Positions 27,774 through 39,243 of a stretch of DNA of 64,000 nucleotides are shown here, one piece after another. The stretch spans positions 27,509-91,508 of the forward strand of contig LFSP01000026.1 in NCBI GenBank assembly GCA_001513145.1, in the 5' to 3' direction. The notes beneath the pieces were generated by a model. The model was not told the DNA's origin. It saw nothing but the letters and a program-made list of their open reading frames with translations, and searched no databases. Source of the stretch: Clostridia bacterium DTU025 (GTDB lineage: Bacteria; Bacillota; DTU025). Position numbers and translations under genes: made by a program. Positions within the stretch are counted from its first letter, which is position 1; each line of letters starts with the position of its first letter.

Positions 27774-28831
27774 AGAGCCAGGCTGCGAACCACCTGATCT
27801 CGCAGGCGCGACAGGCCTTCGCGCACCGCTCTGGCCCGCACCTCGCCGATGCCTTCTATCTCGTCAAGTTCCTCGGTTGTGGCTCCCCTTATCGCTTTCA
27901 GCGACCCGAACCCGCTCACCACGTTGTGTATCACCGACAGCGGCAGCCTCGAAATCTTCGACAGCGCCCTGTAACCCCTTGGCATCATCGAGGACTCCAG
28001 GCTCACGATGGCGCTCTGTGTGACGGCGCGCCCAAGAGTCGACGCGTCCAGCACCTCGTCCACCGGCCACTCCCCGATGGACCGCAGCAGCTTCTCGGCC
28101 TCCTCCTGCCCCCCGGAGGGCAGGTAGTCCATCATCACGAACAGCGCGTCCTCCCACGTGCCGCCGATTATCTCGTCAGACTGCACCTTTATCAGTCGGC
28201 CCTCTGAGCCCAGTTCGGCGATGTAGTCGGTGACTTCCTCCCACGCTCGCCTCATCAGCTCGTAGCGCTGGATCACCCTGACAACGTCGGCCACGGTGAC
28301 CTCCTCGATGAACTCCAGCGCCGAGAGGTTGGTCAGCGCGCGGGAGAACACTTCCTTGTAGTTGGCCATGGTCTGCAGGGCCTGGTTGGCCTTGGCCAGC
28401 ACCACTCCGATATCGCGCAGCACGTATCGGGTATGCCCCATGTATACCGTGATCACCGACCGCCGCTGGCTGATGGCTATCACCAGCTGCCCGGTCATCT
28501 TGGCCACGCGCTCCGCTGTGCTGTGACGGAGCCCGGTCTCACGAGAAGGGATGTCGGGATCAGGCGATAGAGTGGCGTTGGCCCAGACTATCCTGTCTGC
28601 AGTGGAAGAAAGGATGATGGCACCGTCCATCTTGGCGAGCTCGTAGAGGGCGGCAGGCGAGAAATCGGCGTTGAGCTTGAAGCCCCCGCTGGCTATGGCC
28701 AGCACCTCAGGAACGTCGCCAACCACCACCAGGCCGCCGGTACGGGCCCGCAGTATGTTGTCGAGCCCCTCGCGCAGCGGCGTACCCGGCGCGACCATGC
28801 TGAAGATCTTGCGCATCCTTTCAGACGACAT
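27770..28831 (-). CDS. disA: DNA integrity scanning protein DisA (diadenylate cyclase)
   Basis: DAC domain (DGAIILSSTADRIV) and C-terminal HhH. Likely start at MSSERMRKIF (about 28831), and the track ORF extends to 28921. Confidence 0.88.
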   Translation of the reverse strand: MSSERMRKIFSMVAPGTPLREGLDNILRARTGGLVVVGDVPEVLAIASGGFKLNADFSPAALYELAKMDGAIILSSTADRIVWANATLSPDPDIPSRETGLRHSTAERVAKMTGQLVIAISQRRSVITVYMGHTRYVLRDIGVVLAKANQALQTMANYKEVFSRALTNLSALEFIEEVTVADVVRVIQRYELMRRAWEEVTDYIAELGSEGRLIKVQSDEIIGGTWEDALFVMMDYLPSGGQEEAEKLLRSIGEWPVDEVLDASTLGRAVTQSAIVSLESSMMPRGYRALSKISRLPLSVIHNVVSGFGSLKAIRGATTEELDEIEGIGEVRARAVREGLSRLRDQVVRSLAL

Positions 28832-28898
28832 CGGCTCCCACCTCCCGGCCAAGCCCATCAGAGGGCCGCCCTTTGAGCCTCCCCGTGGGCCTTTGCCA

Positions 28899-30404
28899 TC
28901 AGGCCTCCTGGAAGGCCGCATTGATGGCCTCCCTCACGGTGGAGGCCCCGACCAGTTCCACGTTGCCCCACGTTCCCAACGACGCCGACCCGACCGACGA
29001 GCCCGACGAGCTCGAGGCGCCTGACGCGCCTCCTGCCTGGCCCTGACGACGCGACAGAGCCCTCAGGTTGTGCCTGGGCATCACGCACCTGGTGAACCCC
29101 AGCCTCTCAGCCTCCGCCAGCCTCAGCTCCGCGCGGCTGACCGCCCTGAGCTCTCCAGCAAGGCCCACCTCCCCGAACACCACCGTGCCCTTCGGCACCG
29201 GCCTGTTCCGAAAGCTCGACACGATGGCGCACGCAACAGCCAGGTCGCTGGCGGGTTCCGCCAATGTCAGCCCACCCGCGACGTTCACGTAGACGTCCTC
29301 GCCGCCAAGGTTGAAGCCGGCACGCCGATCAAGCACCGCTACGATGATGGACGTTCGGTTGTAGTCCACGCCAGTGATGGTCCTGCGGGGAGTGCCAGTC
29401 ACCGACCTCGCCACCAGCGCCTGCACCTCCACCAGCAGGGGCCTCGCCCCTTCCACGCTTGCGGTGACAACCGACCCCGCCGCCTCGCCCAGACGCTGCG
29501 AAAGCAGCGTCTCGGAGGGGTTCGCCACCTCCTCGAGGCCTCTGTCGGTCATGGCGAAGATGCCCACCTCGTCGGTGCTGCCGAATCGGTTTTTCGCGGC
29601 CCGCACCACGCGGTGGGCGTGCACGCCCTCACCCTCGAAGTAGAGCACGGTGTCGACCACGTGCTCCAGCACCTTCGGCCCGGCGATGGCGCCGGCCTTC
29701 GTCACGTGCCCCACCAGGAACACCGGGATGGCCTGCTCCTTCGCCAGCCTCATCAGGGCGGCGGCGCACTCCCGCACCTGTGTCACGCTGCCTGGCGATG
29801 ACTCCACTGACGGATCATCCATCGTCTGTATAGAGTCTATCACAACCAGGGCAGGGCTGAGCCGGGCCGCCTCATCGATGACTTTCACCACGTCGGTTTC
29901 GGCCATAACAAGCAGCTTCTCCGAGGAGACGCCCAGCCTCGCTGCCCTGATCCCCACCTGACGCGCAGACTCCTCACCCGTGACGTACAGCACCGCCCCG
30001 TGGGCCCGAGCAACGTTCTCAGACACCTGCAGCAGCAGGGTGGACTTGCCTATGCCCGGATCGCCCCCGATGAGGATCACCGACCCAGGCACTATCCCGC
30101 CGCCCAGCACCCGGTCGAACTCCGACAGCCCCGTCATCAGCCTGGGCTCGTGAAGCGAGGCCACCTGGCCCACAGGCACGGGCCGGCCGGAGTCCTCCCT
30201 GCCGGCACCAGCGCTGGCAGCCGCGGCGGTGCCGGCCGAGCGGGACGCGGCCCTGGAAGGCCTGGCGGGCCTGGCCAGGCCCGGGTCGAACCTAGTGGTC
30301 TCCTCAAAGGTGTTCCACTGGGAACAGCCCGGGCACCTGCCCATCCACTTCGGCGACTCGTATCCGCACTCTCTGCAAGCGAATACCTGCTTCGGTCCTT
30401 TCAT
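28899..30404 (-). CDS. radA: DNA repair protein RadA/Sms
   Basis: N-terminal C4 zinc finger ([18 protein letters not shown]), RecA-like Walker [11 protein letters not shown], Lon-like C-terminus. Confidence 0.9.
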   Translation of the reverse strand: MKGPKQVFACRECGYESPKWMGRCPGCSQWNTFEETTRFDPGLARPARPSRAASRSAGTAAAASAGAGREDSGRPVPVGQVASLHEPRLMTGLSEFDRVLGGGIVPGSVILIGGDPGIGKSTLLLQVSENVARAHGAVLYVTGEESARQVGIRAARLGVSSEKLLVMAETDVVKVIDEAARLSPALVVIDSIQTMDDPSVESSPGSVTQVRECAAALMRLAKEQAIPVFLVGHVTKAGAIAGPKVLEHVVDTVLYFEGEGVHAHRVVRAAKNRFGSTDEVGIFAMTDRGLEEVANPSETLLSQRLGEAAGSVVTASVEGARPLLVEVQALVARSVTGTPRRTITGVDYNRTSIIVAVLDRRAGFNLGGEDVYVNVAGGLTLAEPASDLAVACAIVSSFRNRPVPKGTVVFGEVGLAGELRAVSRAELRLAEAERLGFTRCVMPRHNLRALSRRQGQAGGASGASSSSGSSVGSASLGTWGNVELVGASTVREAINAAFQEA

Positions 30405-32881
30405 TGAGCCACCTTGAAGACTATCTTGCCGTCCTCGGCGTCCACGAGGACGGCCTTGTCGTTGGATACCTGACCTGAGATGATCTCGTCCGAGAGTTTG
30501 TCTTCCACCATGCGCTGCACGACACGCTTGAGGGGCCTCGCGCCGTAATCCGGATCGTAGCCCTCCTTCACCAGCAGTTTCTTCGCCTCAGGCGTGAACT
30601 CCAGCTTGACTCCGGACGGCTCCACACGCTGCTTCACTCCCTCGAGCACCAGGTCGATGATCTTCTCCATATGCTCCATCTCGAGGCTGTGGAAGACTAT
30701 GACCTCGTCCACCCTGTTCAGGAACTCCGGCCTGAAGGTGCGCTTCAGCTCAGACAGCACCTTGTCACGCATGCGCTCGTGCTGCGCCTGGCTGGACGTG
30801 TCCGCCACGAACCCAAGCACCGCGTCGCGCTGCAGCTGGGTGGCTCCGACGTTGCTGGTCATTATCAGCACCGTGTTACGGAAGTCCACGGTGCGCCCCT
30901 GCCCGTCGGTGAGCCTGCCGTCGTCAAGCACCTGGAGCAGGATGTTGAACACCTCAGGGTGCGCCTTCTCGATCTCGTCGAAGAGCACCACCGAGTACGG
31001 CCGGCGCCTCACCTTCTCCGTGAGCTGCCCGGCCTCCTCGTATCCAACGTATCCGGGAGGCGCCCCGATCAGACGGCTCACAGTGTGCCTCTCCATGTAC
31101 TCCGACATGTCCAGGCGAATCATGGCGTCCTCGCTGCCGAACAGCGCCTCCGCGAGGGCCCTGGCCAGCTCCGTCTTGCCCACACCGGTGGGGCCCAGGA
31201 ACAGGAAGGACCCAACCGGGCGCCTGGGGTTCTTCAATCCTGCATGTGCCCTTCTGACGGCGCGGGCCACCGCCTCCACCGCCTCATCCTGCCCGACCAC
31301 ACGCTTGTGCAGCACTTCCTCCAGGCGCAGCAGGCGCTGGGCTTCGCTCTCCTCCAGCTTCGCCACGGGGATCCCGGTCCACGACGCCACCACCTCGGCG
31401 ATGTCGTTCTCGGTGACCTCAGCTCCGTCGATGTAGCGCCGGTTCTGCCACTCGCGGCGCAGCTCCTCGATGTTGTCCCGCACCTTGCTCTCCTGGTCCC
31501 GCAGGTCCGCTGCCTTCTCGAACTCCTCGTTCTGGATGGCTGCCTCCTTCTCCACCTTCAGCCGCTCCAGCTCCTCCTCCAGCTGCTTCAGGTCCGGCGG
31601 CGCCACATGGGTAGCAAGGCGAACCCTTGACGATGCCTCATCGATCAGGTCGATGGCCTTGTCAGGCAAGAACCTGTCGGTGATGTACCTGTCAGATAGC
31701 GTCACGGCTGACCGCAGCGCCTCGTCGGCTATCTTCACCCTGTGGTGTGCCTCGTACCTGTCCCGAAGCCCCTCCAGAATCGCGATGGTCTCGTCGACGG
31801 TGGGCTCTCCCACCATGATCGGCTGGAACCTGCGCTCCAGGGCGGCATCCTTCTCGATATGCTTGCGGTACTCAGTCAGGGTGGTGGCGCCCACGCACTG
31901 CAGCTCGCCCCTGGCCAGCGCTGGCTTGAGTATGTTGGCCGCGTCGATGGCCCCTTCTGCGGCGCCCGCCCCAACCACCGTGTGCAGCTCGTCGATGAAC
32001 AGGATGACGTCGCCTGACCCGACGATCTCGTCTATCACCCTCTTCAGCCGTTCCTCGAACTCGCCGCGGTACTTGGTGCCCGCCACCAGCGCCCCCATGT
32101 CAAGGGTGATCACTCTCTTGTCGCGCAATAGTTCAGGCACGTCTCCCCTCACCAGCCTCTGCGCAAGGCCCTCCACGATGGCGGTCTTGCCCACCCCGGG
32201 GTCGCCTATGAGGACGGGGTTGTTCTTCGTCCTGCGGGAGAGTATCTGGATGACCCGGTTCATCTCGTTCTCCCTGCCGATCACGGGGTCGAGCTTGCCG
32301 TCACGGGCCATGGCGGTGAGATCGCGTCCGAACTGCTCAAGGGTGGGCGTGCCCTTCTTCCTGCCCTGACGCCCTTGTGCCGTGCCTTCACGCCCGGCCG
32401 GCTGCGCCGGCCCGGCGCCGTCACCGCCTCTGCCGGCGGCGGATCCCTGGCTCAGCAGGGAGATCACCTGTTCCCGCAGGCGCTCCAGGTCAGCGCCGAG
32501 GTCTTGCAGCACCTGCGCCGCCACGCCCTCGCCTTCACGCACCAGACCCAGCAGGAGGTGTTCGGTGCCCACATACCCATGGCCCATGCTACGGGCCTCG
32601 TCTATCGCCAGCTCCAGTACGCGCTTGGCCCTGGGGCTCAGGGCCACGCCCATCACCGTAGCGGGGTCGCCTCTGCCAACTATCGACTCAACCTGGCTCC
32701 TGATGGCATCCGGACTGATGCCCAAGGCCGCAAGCGCCCTGGCGGCCACGCCCTGGCCCTCGCGGGCAAGCCCAAGTAGGATGTGCTCGGTGCCTACGAT
32801 ACTGTGGCCGAGCTTTCGGGCCTCGTCTTGCGACAGGAGCAGAACCTTCTGCGCCCTCTCGGTGAATGACCCGAACATCAT
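30401..32881 (-). CDS. clpC: ATP-dependent Clp protease ATP-binding subunit ClpC
   Basis: 826 aa, Clp-N repeats, two AAA+ modules ([18 protein letters not shown]), UVR motif. Confidence 0.92.
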   Translation of the reverse strand: MMFGSFTERAQKVLLLSQDEARKLGHSIVGTEHILLGLAREGQGVAARALAALGISPDAIRSQVESIVGRGDPATVMGVALSPRAKRVLELAIDEARSMGHGYVGTEHLLLGLVREGEGVAAQVLQDLGADLERLREQVISLLSQGSAAGRGGDGAGPAQPAGREGTAQGRQGRKKGTPTLEQFGRDLTAMARDGKLDPVIGRENEMNRVIQILSRRTKNNPVLIGDPGVGKTAIVEGLAQRLVRGDVPELLRDKRVITLDMGALVAGTKYRGEFEERLKRVIDEIVGSGDVILFIDELHTVVGAGAAEGAIDAANILKPALARGELQCVGATTLTEYRKHIEKDAALERRFQPIMVGEPTVDETIAILEGLRDRYEAHHRVKIADEALRSAVTLSDRYITDRFLPDKAIDLIDEASSRVRLATHVAPPDLKQLEEELERLKVEKEAAIQNEEFEKAADLRDQESKVRDNIEELRREWQNRRYIDGAEVTENDIAEVVASWTGIPVAKLEESEAQRLLRLEEVLHKRVVGQDEAVEAVARAVRRAHAGLKNPRRPVGSFLFLGPTGVGKTELARALAEALFGSEDAMIRLDMSEYMERHTVSRLIGAPPGYVGYEEAGQLTEKVRRRPYSVVLFDEIEKAHPEVFNILLQVLDDGRLTDGQGRTVDFRNTVLIMTSNVGATQLQRDAVLGFVADTSSQAQHERMRDKVLSELKRTFRPEFLNRVDEVIVFHSLEMEHMEKIIDLVLEGVKQRVEPSGVKLEFTPEAKKLLVKEGYDPDYGARPLKRVVQRMVEDKLSDEIISGQVSNDKAVLVDAEDGKIVFKVAQ

Positions 32882-32884
32882 GTA

Positions 32885-33967
32885 TTACTCCTCCTTATCA
32901 GGTGCTGAATTGCTACCTCTGCTCGCTTTGTTCGCTTTCTCGAAACGTTCACGGATGATCCCTGCCCTGGCAATGTCCCGCTCCCACACCGAAAGCTCGC
33001 GCCCGAGGGCACGCTGGACGTGGGCGGGCATGGTGTCCACCGACAGCCTTGTGAGCAGATCGTCAGGAACGTTCGGGAGGATGCCCATGTCGGCCCCGAG
33101 CTTGACGTCGGACATCAGCTTCAGCGCCTCCTCCGAGGGCATCATCCTAGCGTTAGTCAGGATGCCGAACGACCTGTAGAGCCTGTCTTCGATCTGCGGC
33201 CGGGCGTCGTCAAGGAGCGCCCGCCGCGCCGACCGTTCGCTGTCGATGATCTGCCTGACTATGGCGCCGAGGTGCGCGATTATCTCCTCCTCGGCTCGGC
33301 CCATTGTCACCTGGTTGCTCACTTGGAACAGGTTGCCCACGGCCTCGGTGCCCTCGCCGTATATGCCCCTTGTGGCCACTCCCACCTTGGACGCGGCCCC
33401 CAGCACCTGGCCCACGGAGTTCGTGATCACCAGGGCAGGCAGGTGTAGCATCACCGACGCCCGCATCCCGGTGCCCACGTTTGTGGGGCAGGCGGAGAGG
33501 TACCCCAGTTCAGAGTCGAAGGCGTAGTCCAGGGTCTCCTCGATGGCGTCGTCCGCTGCCCACGCCAGCCGCAGGGCCTGCTCAAGCTGGAAACCGGGGA
33601 GTATCGCCTGAATCCTCAGATGGTCCTCCTCGTTCACCATGACACACAGGGAGTTGTCGCGGTTCAGGATCAGCGCCCGCCCCTTCGGCTCGCTTACGTG
33701 CTGCGGGCTGGTGAGATGCTCCTCCACCGCGATCCGCCTGTCCATCTCGGACATGTCTTCGAGGAGGAGTATCTCCAAAGGGCCGATGGACGGCGTTGAC
33801 TTCGCCGCCTGGATCACCTTCTCCCTCGCCTGCTGAAGCTGCGACGCGTCTGACCTGTTCGGAAAGGGCATCCCCACCAGGTTCCTTGCGAGACGCACCC
33901 TACTGGACACCACTATGTCTGAATCCGGCCCGCCGCCAGATATCCACAGAGCACCATCCCTCATCAC
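32885..33967 (-). CDS. mcsB: Protein-arginine kinase McsB
   Basis: 360 aa, guanidino-kinase-like fold, conserved order mcsA-mcsB-clpC. Confidence 0.9.
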   Translation of the reverse strand: MMRDGALWISGGGPDSDIVVSSRVRLARNLVGMPFPNRSDASQLQQAREKVIQAAKSTPSIGPLEILLLEDMSEMDRRIAVEEHLTSPQHVSEPKGRALILNRDNSLCVMVNEEDHLRIQAILPGFQLEQALRLAWAADDAIEETLDYAFDSELGYLSACPTNVGTGMRASVMLHLPALVITNSVGQVLGAASKVGVATRGIYGEGTEAVGNLFQVSNQVTMGRAEEEIIAHLGAIVRQIIDSERSARRALLDDARPQIEDRLYRSFGILTNARMMPSEEALKLMSDVKLGADMGILPNVPDDLLTRLSVDTMPAHVQRALGRELSVWERDIARAGIIRERFEKANKASRGSNSAPDKEE

Positions 33968-34548
33968 CGCTGCTCACCGCCTGTCGCCTGACCGTCCTCG
34001 TCTTCACGTTGACCGGCAGCACCATGCATCTGCTGCTCGGCCTCAAGCTGCCTGATCCTGTCGCGTACCTTAGCAGCCTGCTCGTACTCCTCCAGCTCGA
34101 TCAGGCGCTTGAGGTCCGCCCTCAAGGACTCCAGCTCGCGGCGGAATCGGATGGCGTTGCCCGATCGCACCGGGGCCTTGCCCGTATGACGGGTGTGCCC
34201 GTGTATCTGGCCGATAATAGGTCGGAGCATCGGCTCGAACTGCTGGTAGCAGTCGGAGCACCCCAGAAAGCCGGTGCTCGTGAACTGCGCGTACTCAAGG
34301 CCGCAGGTGGAGCACCTCCTCCGTGTGCTCGCAGGCACGCTCACCGGGCACACGCCGGAGCCGCCGCTCTGAAGCAGCCCAGCTACGAGGTTCGAGAACC
34401 CGAACTTGGGCATGGTGAATACCTGGAGCTCCCCTCTTTCGGCGGCGCACTGCTGGCAGAGGTGCAGCTCCGTACGGACTCCATTTACGATCCTGGTAAC
34501 ATGCACGTTGGCCGGTCGTTCCTTGCACGACTGGCATAGCATGGTCAT
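33964..34548 (-). CDS. mcsA: McsA (zinc-finger activator of McsB)
   Basis: 194 aa with multiple CxxC pairs (CQSCKE, CQQCAA, CSTC, CSDC). Confidence 0.85.
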   Translation of the reverse strand: MTMLCQSCKERPANVHVTRIVNGVRTELHLCQQCAAERGELQVFTMPKFGFSNLVAGLLQSGGSGVCPVSVPASTRRRCSTCGLEYAQFTSTGFLGCSDCYQQFEPMLRPIIGQIHGHTRHTGKAPVRSGNAIRFRRELESLRADLKRLIELEEYEQAAKVRDRIRQLEAEQQMHGAAGQREDEDGQATGGEQR

Positions 34549-35042
34549 CTCTCCTTTCGATGGGCCTGGCCCTGCATCAGCAGGAACCTGATCACTGCCC
34601 TGAGCGCTCTGGCCCTGACGAGGTCGCCGCCCTCGCCGTCCAGGTCTTCATCGGCTCCCACCGCAGCGAGCGCGGCGTCGCCGTCGCGCTGGCTCATCAC
34701 GCCAGCATCAACCAGCCTCGCGATGAGCTCGCTGGCGGTGGCCGCGTCAATCCCCGACTCGAGCCGCGCGCTCACCTCGCCCAGCACCTCCGCGTGGTAG
34801 TCAAGGCCAAGCTTCCAGATCCTGATGTGCCCGCCGCCGCCGCGGCGCGACTCAACGATGTAACCCCTGGCCGGCGTGAAGCGCGTCGACAGCACGTAAG
34901 TGATCTGTGACGGCGCGCATCTGAACCTCTCAGCAAGCTCCCGGCGCTGGATCTCCACAGGGCGACCCAGCCCGCTATCGGCGCCTGCAGCGCTTATCAA
35001 TAGCTTTATGTGTCCCTCGATGTAGTCAGCCAGACTGCCCAT
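34545..35042 (-). CDS. ctsR: Heat-shock repressor CtsR
   Basis: 165 aa, wHTH, conserved N-terminal MGSLADYIEGHIK. First gene of the ctsR-mcsAB-clpC operon. Confidence 0.9.
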   Translation of the reverse strand: MGSLADYIEGHIKLLISAAGADSGLGRPVEIQRRELAERFRCAPSQITYVLSTRFTPARGYIVESRRGGGGHIRIWKLGLDYHAEVLGEVSARLESGIDAATASELIARLVDAGVMSQRDGDAALAAVGADEDLDGEGGDLVRARALRAVIRFLLMQGQAHRKER

Positions 35043-35059
35043 AACACTTCCCCGTTCAT

Positions 35060-35077
35060 CTGACCTTCCTTGACCTT
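35060..35077 (-). promoter_or_regulatory. CtsR operator (tandem heptad AGGTCAAGGAAGGTCAGA), gene-sense orientation
   Basis: Matches the A/GGTCAAA-NAN-A/GGTCAAA consensus, about 20-35 bp upstream of the ctsR start. Confidence 0.6.
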
Positions 35078-35130
35078 ACGTACGTTATGATACACCACCG
35101 CCTGTCAAATACAATACCCTTGAAGACAGA

Positions 35131-35148
35131 AGGTCAAGCAAAGTCAGA
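35131..35148 (+). promoter_or_regulatory. Second CtsR-box-like tandem heptad (AGGTCAAGCAAAGTCAGA), opposite orientation, overlapping a putative -35 TTGACC
   Basis: It sits about 90-105 bp upstream of ctsR, and its reverse complement contains TTGACC. Confidence 0.5.
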
Positions 35149-35330
35149 CCGCGTGGCGAGAGGGGCCCGCCAAGCTTGACGGCCCAAGCCGACCCATGGA
35201 CGCGTCGCTTACGCGAGGCTTCTGCCCGCCGGTTGGTCGTTGTCACTCCAGCGCCGCACGGAGAGGGAAGCGCTTCGTGGTGTTTAGCGGACTCGTGGAT
35301 GGCACAATGCGTGTAGCTTGGAAAGGTAGA

Positions 35331-35350
35331 GCCGGCGCCGAGGCGCCGGC
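35331..35350 (-). terminator. GC-rich hairpin (GCCGGCGCC/GGCGCCGGC) downstream of the radical SAM gene, with only a weak U-tract
   Basis: 9-bp inverted repeat with a 2-nt loop, followed on the minus strand by TCTACCTTTCC. Confidence 0.3.
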
Positions 35351-35458
35351 TACCACCCCGCCGGTGGGTCGCCGCTCCCGCTCATTGACGTTCACGTCAC
35401 TGGCCCATGGAGGGATCGGATTTCGGAACGAGCAGCCCGCGGGCGGGCCGCTCCAATT

Positions 35459-36706
35459 CTATCCGTCAAGGGCCTTGGAGAAGTTGCCTATGATGAGGTT
35501 GGGGAAGCAGTCCTGCAGGTGGTATATGGCCGCCACCATCCCCCGCGGCTCCTCCCGCGAAAACGGCTTGAGCATGGTGTCGGAGAAGACGTCCGGATCG
35601 ATGTTCAGGTTGCGCAGCTGCAGCATGTCGATGCCAGTCTCGTCGATGAAGTCAGCCAGGGCGTCCACTTCCGGCTCTGTGTCGGAAAAGCCGGGATAGC
35701 ACAGGTAGTTGATGGAGACGAAGGCCCCAAGCGCCTTCGCCACCTTGATCGACTCCACGACGTCGCGAAGTTCGTAGCCGGCCGGACGGTGGTATGCGTG
35801 GTACCTGTCGGGCCTGGCGCTGACGAGGCTCACGCGGAGGCTGTCCACGCCGGCCTCGCAAACTCTACGTATCGCGTCGGTGTCGCCTGCGTTGGTGTTG
35901 ATGTTTACGGTGCCCCTGCGCGTGGCCGCCCTGGTCAGCCTGACTGCCTCGACGATCAGGTCAGCCTGAAGCGTCGGCTCGCCCTCGCAACCCTGCCCAA
36001 AACTTATGATGGCATCCTCCGCGTTCTCCAGGTGTTCCACGGCGATCTCGACCACCTCATCGCGCGTGGGCACGAAGGATATGCGTTCCTGTGGAGACGG
36101 ACAGCACTCCGCAGGCTGCTTCGATATGCACCCAAGGCATGCGGCGTTGCACGCGGGCGAGACCGGGATCCCGCCCTCCCATCTCCGGTAGAAAATGTTC
36201 TGCGCGGTGAAACAGCCGTATTCCAGACTGCACTTGGCCAGCTGCGCTAGCACCCGGTTGTTCGGCGACCGCTCAAGCCTCCGCCTCACGGCCTGTGGCA
36301 GCGAGTCCAGGTTGTAGTGCCTGGGGTCCCAGGTGTCCCGGTGGTCGGTGCGGACCGCCGCAACCATCAGCTGATCTCCGTCCAGTGCAACGGCGGCATA
36401 GCCGAAAAGCGGCAACGCTGGCGCTCCCGCCTTGCGGGTGTACGCAGGCAGGTAGGTCCTGGTGTAGCCCTGAGGCAGCATGGCAGCCAAAGCCTCGCCC
36501 GGCCCGGCCGACACGAACTCGCCGGTCGCCTCAGCGATGCCCACCGGTACCCTGCCTGGCAGTCGCATAAGAGTTGCCCCCTCGGGCATAGGGATCATGT
36601 CATCAGCCGCGAGCTCGAAGAAATAGTCGCCCGCGCGTCCCACCGCGCGGGCGTTATCGTTTCGCAACACGCGTGCTTTCCTGTCTACAGCAGCAACACT
36701 CAGCAT
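35459..36706 (-). CDS. Radical SAM domain protein (CxxxCxxC) with an N-terminal domain of about 190 aa of unknown function
   Basis: 415 aa, motif ACNAACLGC mid-protein followed by a TIM-barrel-like region. Confidence 0.7.
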   Translation of the reverse strand: MLSVAAVDRKARVLRNDNARAVGRAGDYFFELAADDMIPMPEGATLMRLPGRVPVGIAEATGEFVSAGPGEALAAMLPQGYTRTYLPAYTRKAGAPALPLFGYAAVALDGDQLMVAAVRTDHRDTWDPRHYNLDSLPQAVRRRLERSPNNRVLAQLAKCSLEYGCFTAQNIFYRRWEGGIPVSPACNAACLGCISKQPAECCPSPQERISFVPTRDEVVEIAVEHLENAEDAIISFGQGCEGEPTLQADLIVEAVRLTRAATRRGTVNINTNAGDTDAIRRVCEAGVDSLRVSLVSARPDRYHAYHRPAGYELRDVVESIKVAKALGAFVSINYLCYPGFSDTEPEVDALADFIDETGIDMLQLRNLNIDPDVFSDTMLKPFSREEPRGMVAAIYHLQDCFPNLIIGNFSKALDG

Positions 36707-36727
36707 ACGTGCTCCCCTACTTGAGGT

Positions 36728-37876
36728 CTACTTCAGGTACTTGAGAGGATCCACCGAACTGCCGTTAATCCTGATCTCAAAGTGGAGGTGAGGCCCGGTG
36801 CTATTGCCCGTATTGCCGGAAAGCGCGATCCTCTCACCGGCCTCCACCCATTGGCCCACGCTCACCAGCAGCTTGGAGTTGTGGCCGTAGCGCGTGGTGA
36901 TGCCGTTGCCGTGGTCGATGATGACGAGCCTACCGTACCCAGACTGCGTTCCCGAGAAGATCACCTTCCCGGCAGCAGCCGCCCTCACTGTAGTGCCGAT
37001 GGGGACGGCCAGGTCGATCCCGTGGTGCGTCCTGCCCCACCTGAGCCCGTAATTGGAACTGATCCTGCCCGTCGCGGGCCATGCGAAGGACAGAGCCGAC
37101 GTGCCACCGCCTGATGACCCATCCCTGGAGGAGGTGGAACCACGCGAAGCCAGCTGCACTGTGGAACTCTGCGACGACAGGGGCCTTCCGCCTGGGATGA
37201 CCAGGACTTGGTTGAGGGCAAGCCTATTCGGATCATCAAGGGCATTTGCCTGCACTATCTCCTCGCCGCTCACACCGTAACGCTTGGCGATGGTCCAGAT
37301 GCTCTCGCCGCTTCTGACCTTATGGATGACGCCGGATATGGAGGGGAACTCCAGGACCTGACCGACCTTGAGCTTGTTCACGTTGGTCAGGTTGTTCGCC
37401 CAGGCAATGGTGTTGATGGTGACAGAGTACTTCGCCGCAATAGTGGAAAGGCTCTCACCCTGGGCGACGGTATGCCTTATGATGGTTACACCCTCTTGGG
37501 ACTGCGAAGAACCTGTGGACGCCAGCTGCAGAGCACTCCGTCTGGGTATCAGCTGTTGTGCGGCGGCGAGGAGAACGGGAGTGCCGCCTGTACGCATGTA
37601 CTCGGCCGCCACCTCGCCGATGGCAGTTACGGGGGTTCCAGTGAACAGACCGAGGTCCCAGGATGCCGCCACCTCTTCGCTAGCTCCATAGGCAGCTAGG
37701 AGCGCCGATCGGCTTCCTGCCGCCAGCCTCTGCACCAGGTTAATGCACGGGTTCTTACTGATCCTTGCTTCGAAAAAGCTTGTATAGTTCGTCGCCTTGG
37801 TTACACGGCACTGACTGGCGACGCAAATAGCTGCCACGATGGCGAACGTGATCGTAACCGTTCGCTTGTTTAGCAA
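36728..37876 (-). CDS. LysM-domain M23-family peptidoglycan metalloendopeptidase
   Basis: Two LysM repeats and a C-terminal M23 domain (HHGIDLAVPIGT, GPHLHFEI). Confidence 0.85.
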   Translation of the reverse strand: MLNKRTVTITFAIVAAICVASQCRVTKATNYTSFFEARISKNPCINLVQRLAAGSRSALLAAYGASEEVAASWDLGLFTGTPVTAIGEVAAEYMRTGGTPVLLAAAQQLIPRRSALQLASTGSSQSQEGVTIIRHTVAQGESLSTIAAKYSVTINTIAWANNLTNVNKLKVGQVLEFPSISGVIHKVRSGESIWTIAKRYGVSGEEIVQANALDDPNRLALNQVLVIPGGRPLSSQSSTVQLASRGSTSSRDGSSGGGTSALSFAWPATGRISSNYGLRWGRTHHGIDLAVPIGTTVRAAAAGKVIFSGTQSGYGRLVIIDHGNGITTRYGHNSKLLVSVGQWVEAGERIALSGNTGNSTGPHLHFEIRINGSSVDPLKYLK

Positions 37877-37953
37877 CTATCTCCCCCCTAACCATGCCAC
37901 ACACCAGCGGGGTGGACGTGCCAATTTAACTCAAGTATACCACATGCGGAGAC

Positions 37954-39243
37954 CTAGTTCGACCCGGAGTTGTCCAGGTGACGCAGGTTCTCCGCGAACT
38001 GCGATTTCAGTATGATGGAGATCAAGTCCTTATTGGACTTGGTGTTCTTGATGCGGTCGATCAGGAACTGGGTCGTGTCGGCCTGGCTCATGTTGGCCAA
38101 CGCGTTCCGAAGGACCCACATGCACTCGACTTCCTCCGGCGAGAGCAGCAGCTCCTCCTTGCGCGTGCCCGACTTGTTCACATCGATGGACGGGAAGATG
38201 CGCCTCTCGCTGAGCTTCCGGTCGAGATGCAGCTCCATGTTGCCGGTGCCCTTGAACTCCTCAAAGATGACGTCATCCATCCTGCTGCCCGTGTCGATCA
38301 GGGCGGTGGCGATGATGGTCAGACTTCCGCCCTCCTCGATGTTGCGGGCGGCCCCGAAGAACCGCTTCGGGTTGTGAAGCGCCGCCGGATCGACGCCGCC
38401 CGACAGCGTCCGCCCCGATGGAGGCTCCTCAAGATTGTATGCCCGCGCCAGCCTGGTTATGGAGTCCAGCAGCACCAGCACGTCATTGCCGTGCTCAACC
38501 AGGCGCTTCGCCCGCTCCAGCACCATCTCGGCCACGCGAATGTGGTTCGACGCCGGCTGGTCAAATGTGGAGGACACCACCAGGCCGTCCACAGACCGCA
38601 TCATGTCGGTGACCTCTTCGGGCCGCTCGTCCACAAGCAGCACCAGCAGGATCACCTCAGGATGGTTCGTAGTCACGGCATTGGCTATTTTCTTCAGTAT
38701 ACTCGTCTTTCCTGCCTTTGGCGCAGACACAATCAACCCGCGCTGCCCCTTGCCGATGGGCGCGATCAGATCGATCAGGCGCGTGGTGATGTCCTTCGGG
38801 TTGTGCTCCAGGCGAAGACGGGAGTTGGGATACAAAGGTATGAGGTCTTCGAAATGCACGCGCTTGGCTGCCGACTCGGGATCGGCGCCGTTGACAGCCT
38901 CCACTCGCAGGAGGGCGAAGTACTTCTCGCCTTCCTTCGGCGGCCTGATCTGCCCTGACACCATATCGCCCTTGCGCAGCGCGAACCTGCGTATCTGCGA
39001 GGGCGAGATGTAGATGTCATCCGAGCTCGGGGTGAGACCCCCTACGCGCAGGAATCCGAAACCTTCAGGAAGGATCTCGAGGATGCCGTCGGCCCACAGC
39101 GCCCCTTCCCTCTGCGAGGCGGCCTTGACGATCTCAAAGGTAAGCTCCTGCTTACGCAGCTGAGAGTGATCTGGTATCCCCAACTCCATGGCGAGCTCGT
39201 GAAGCTCGGGTAGGGTCTTCTTCTCTAGGTCAGCAATATTCAT
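37954..39243 (-). CDS. rho: Transcription termination factor Rho
   Basis: 429 aa, Rho N-terminal OB/CSD, P-loop [18 protein letters not shown]. Confidence 0.92.
   Translation of the reverse strand: MNIADLEKKTLPELHELAMELGIPDHSQLRKQELTFEIVKAASQREGALWADGILEILPEGFGFLRVGGLTPSSDDIYISPSQIRRFALRKGDMVSGQIRPPKEGEKYFALLRVEAVNGADPESAAKRVHFEDLIPLYPNSRLRLEHNPKDITTRLIDLIAPIGKGQRGLIVSAPKAGKTSILKKIANAVTTNHPEVILLVLLVDERPEEVTDMMRSVDGLVVSSTFDQPASNHIRVAEMVLERAKRLVEHGNDVLVLLDSITRLARAYNLEEPPSGRTLSGGVDPAALHNPKRFFGAARNIEEGGSLTIIATALIDTGSRMDDVIFEEFKGTGNMELHLDRKLSERRIFPSIDVNKSGTRKEELLLSPEEVECMWVLRNALANMSQADTTQFLIDRIKNTKSNKDLISIILKSQFAENLRHLDNSGSN

Noticed and set aside
35196-35699. ORF 35196..35699 + in the ctsR upstream region
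   Set aside because: It overlaps the CtsR operator/promoter region and the 3' end of the radical SAM gene, and has no RBS or recognisable domains.
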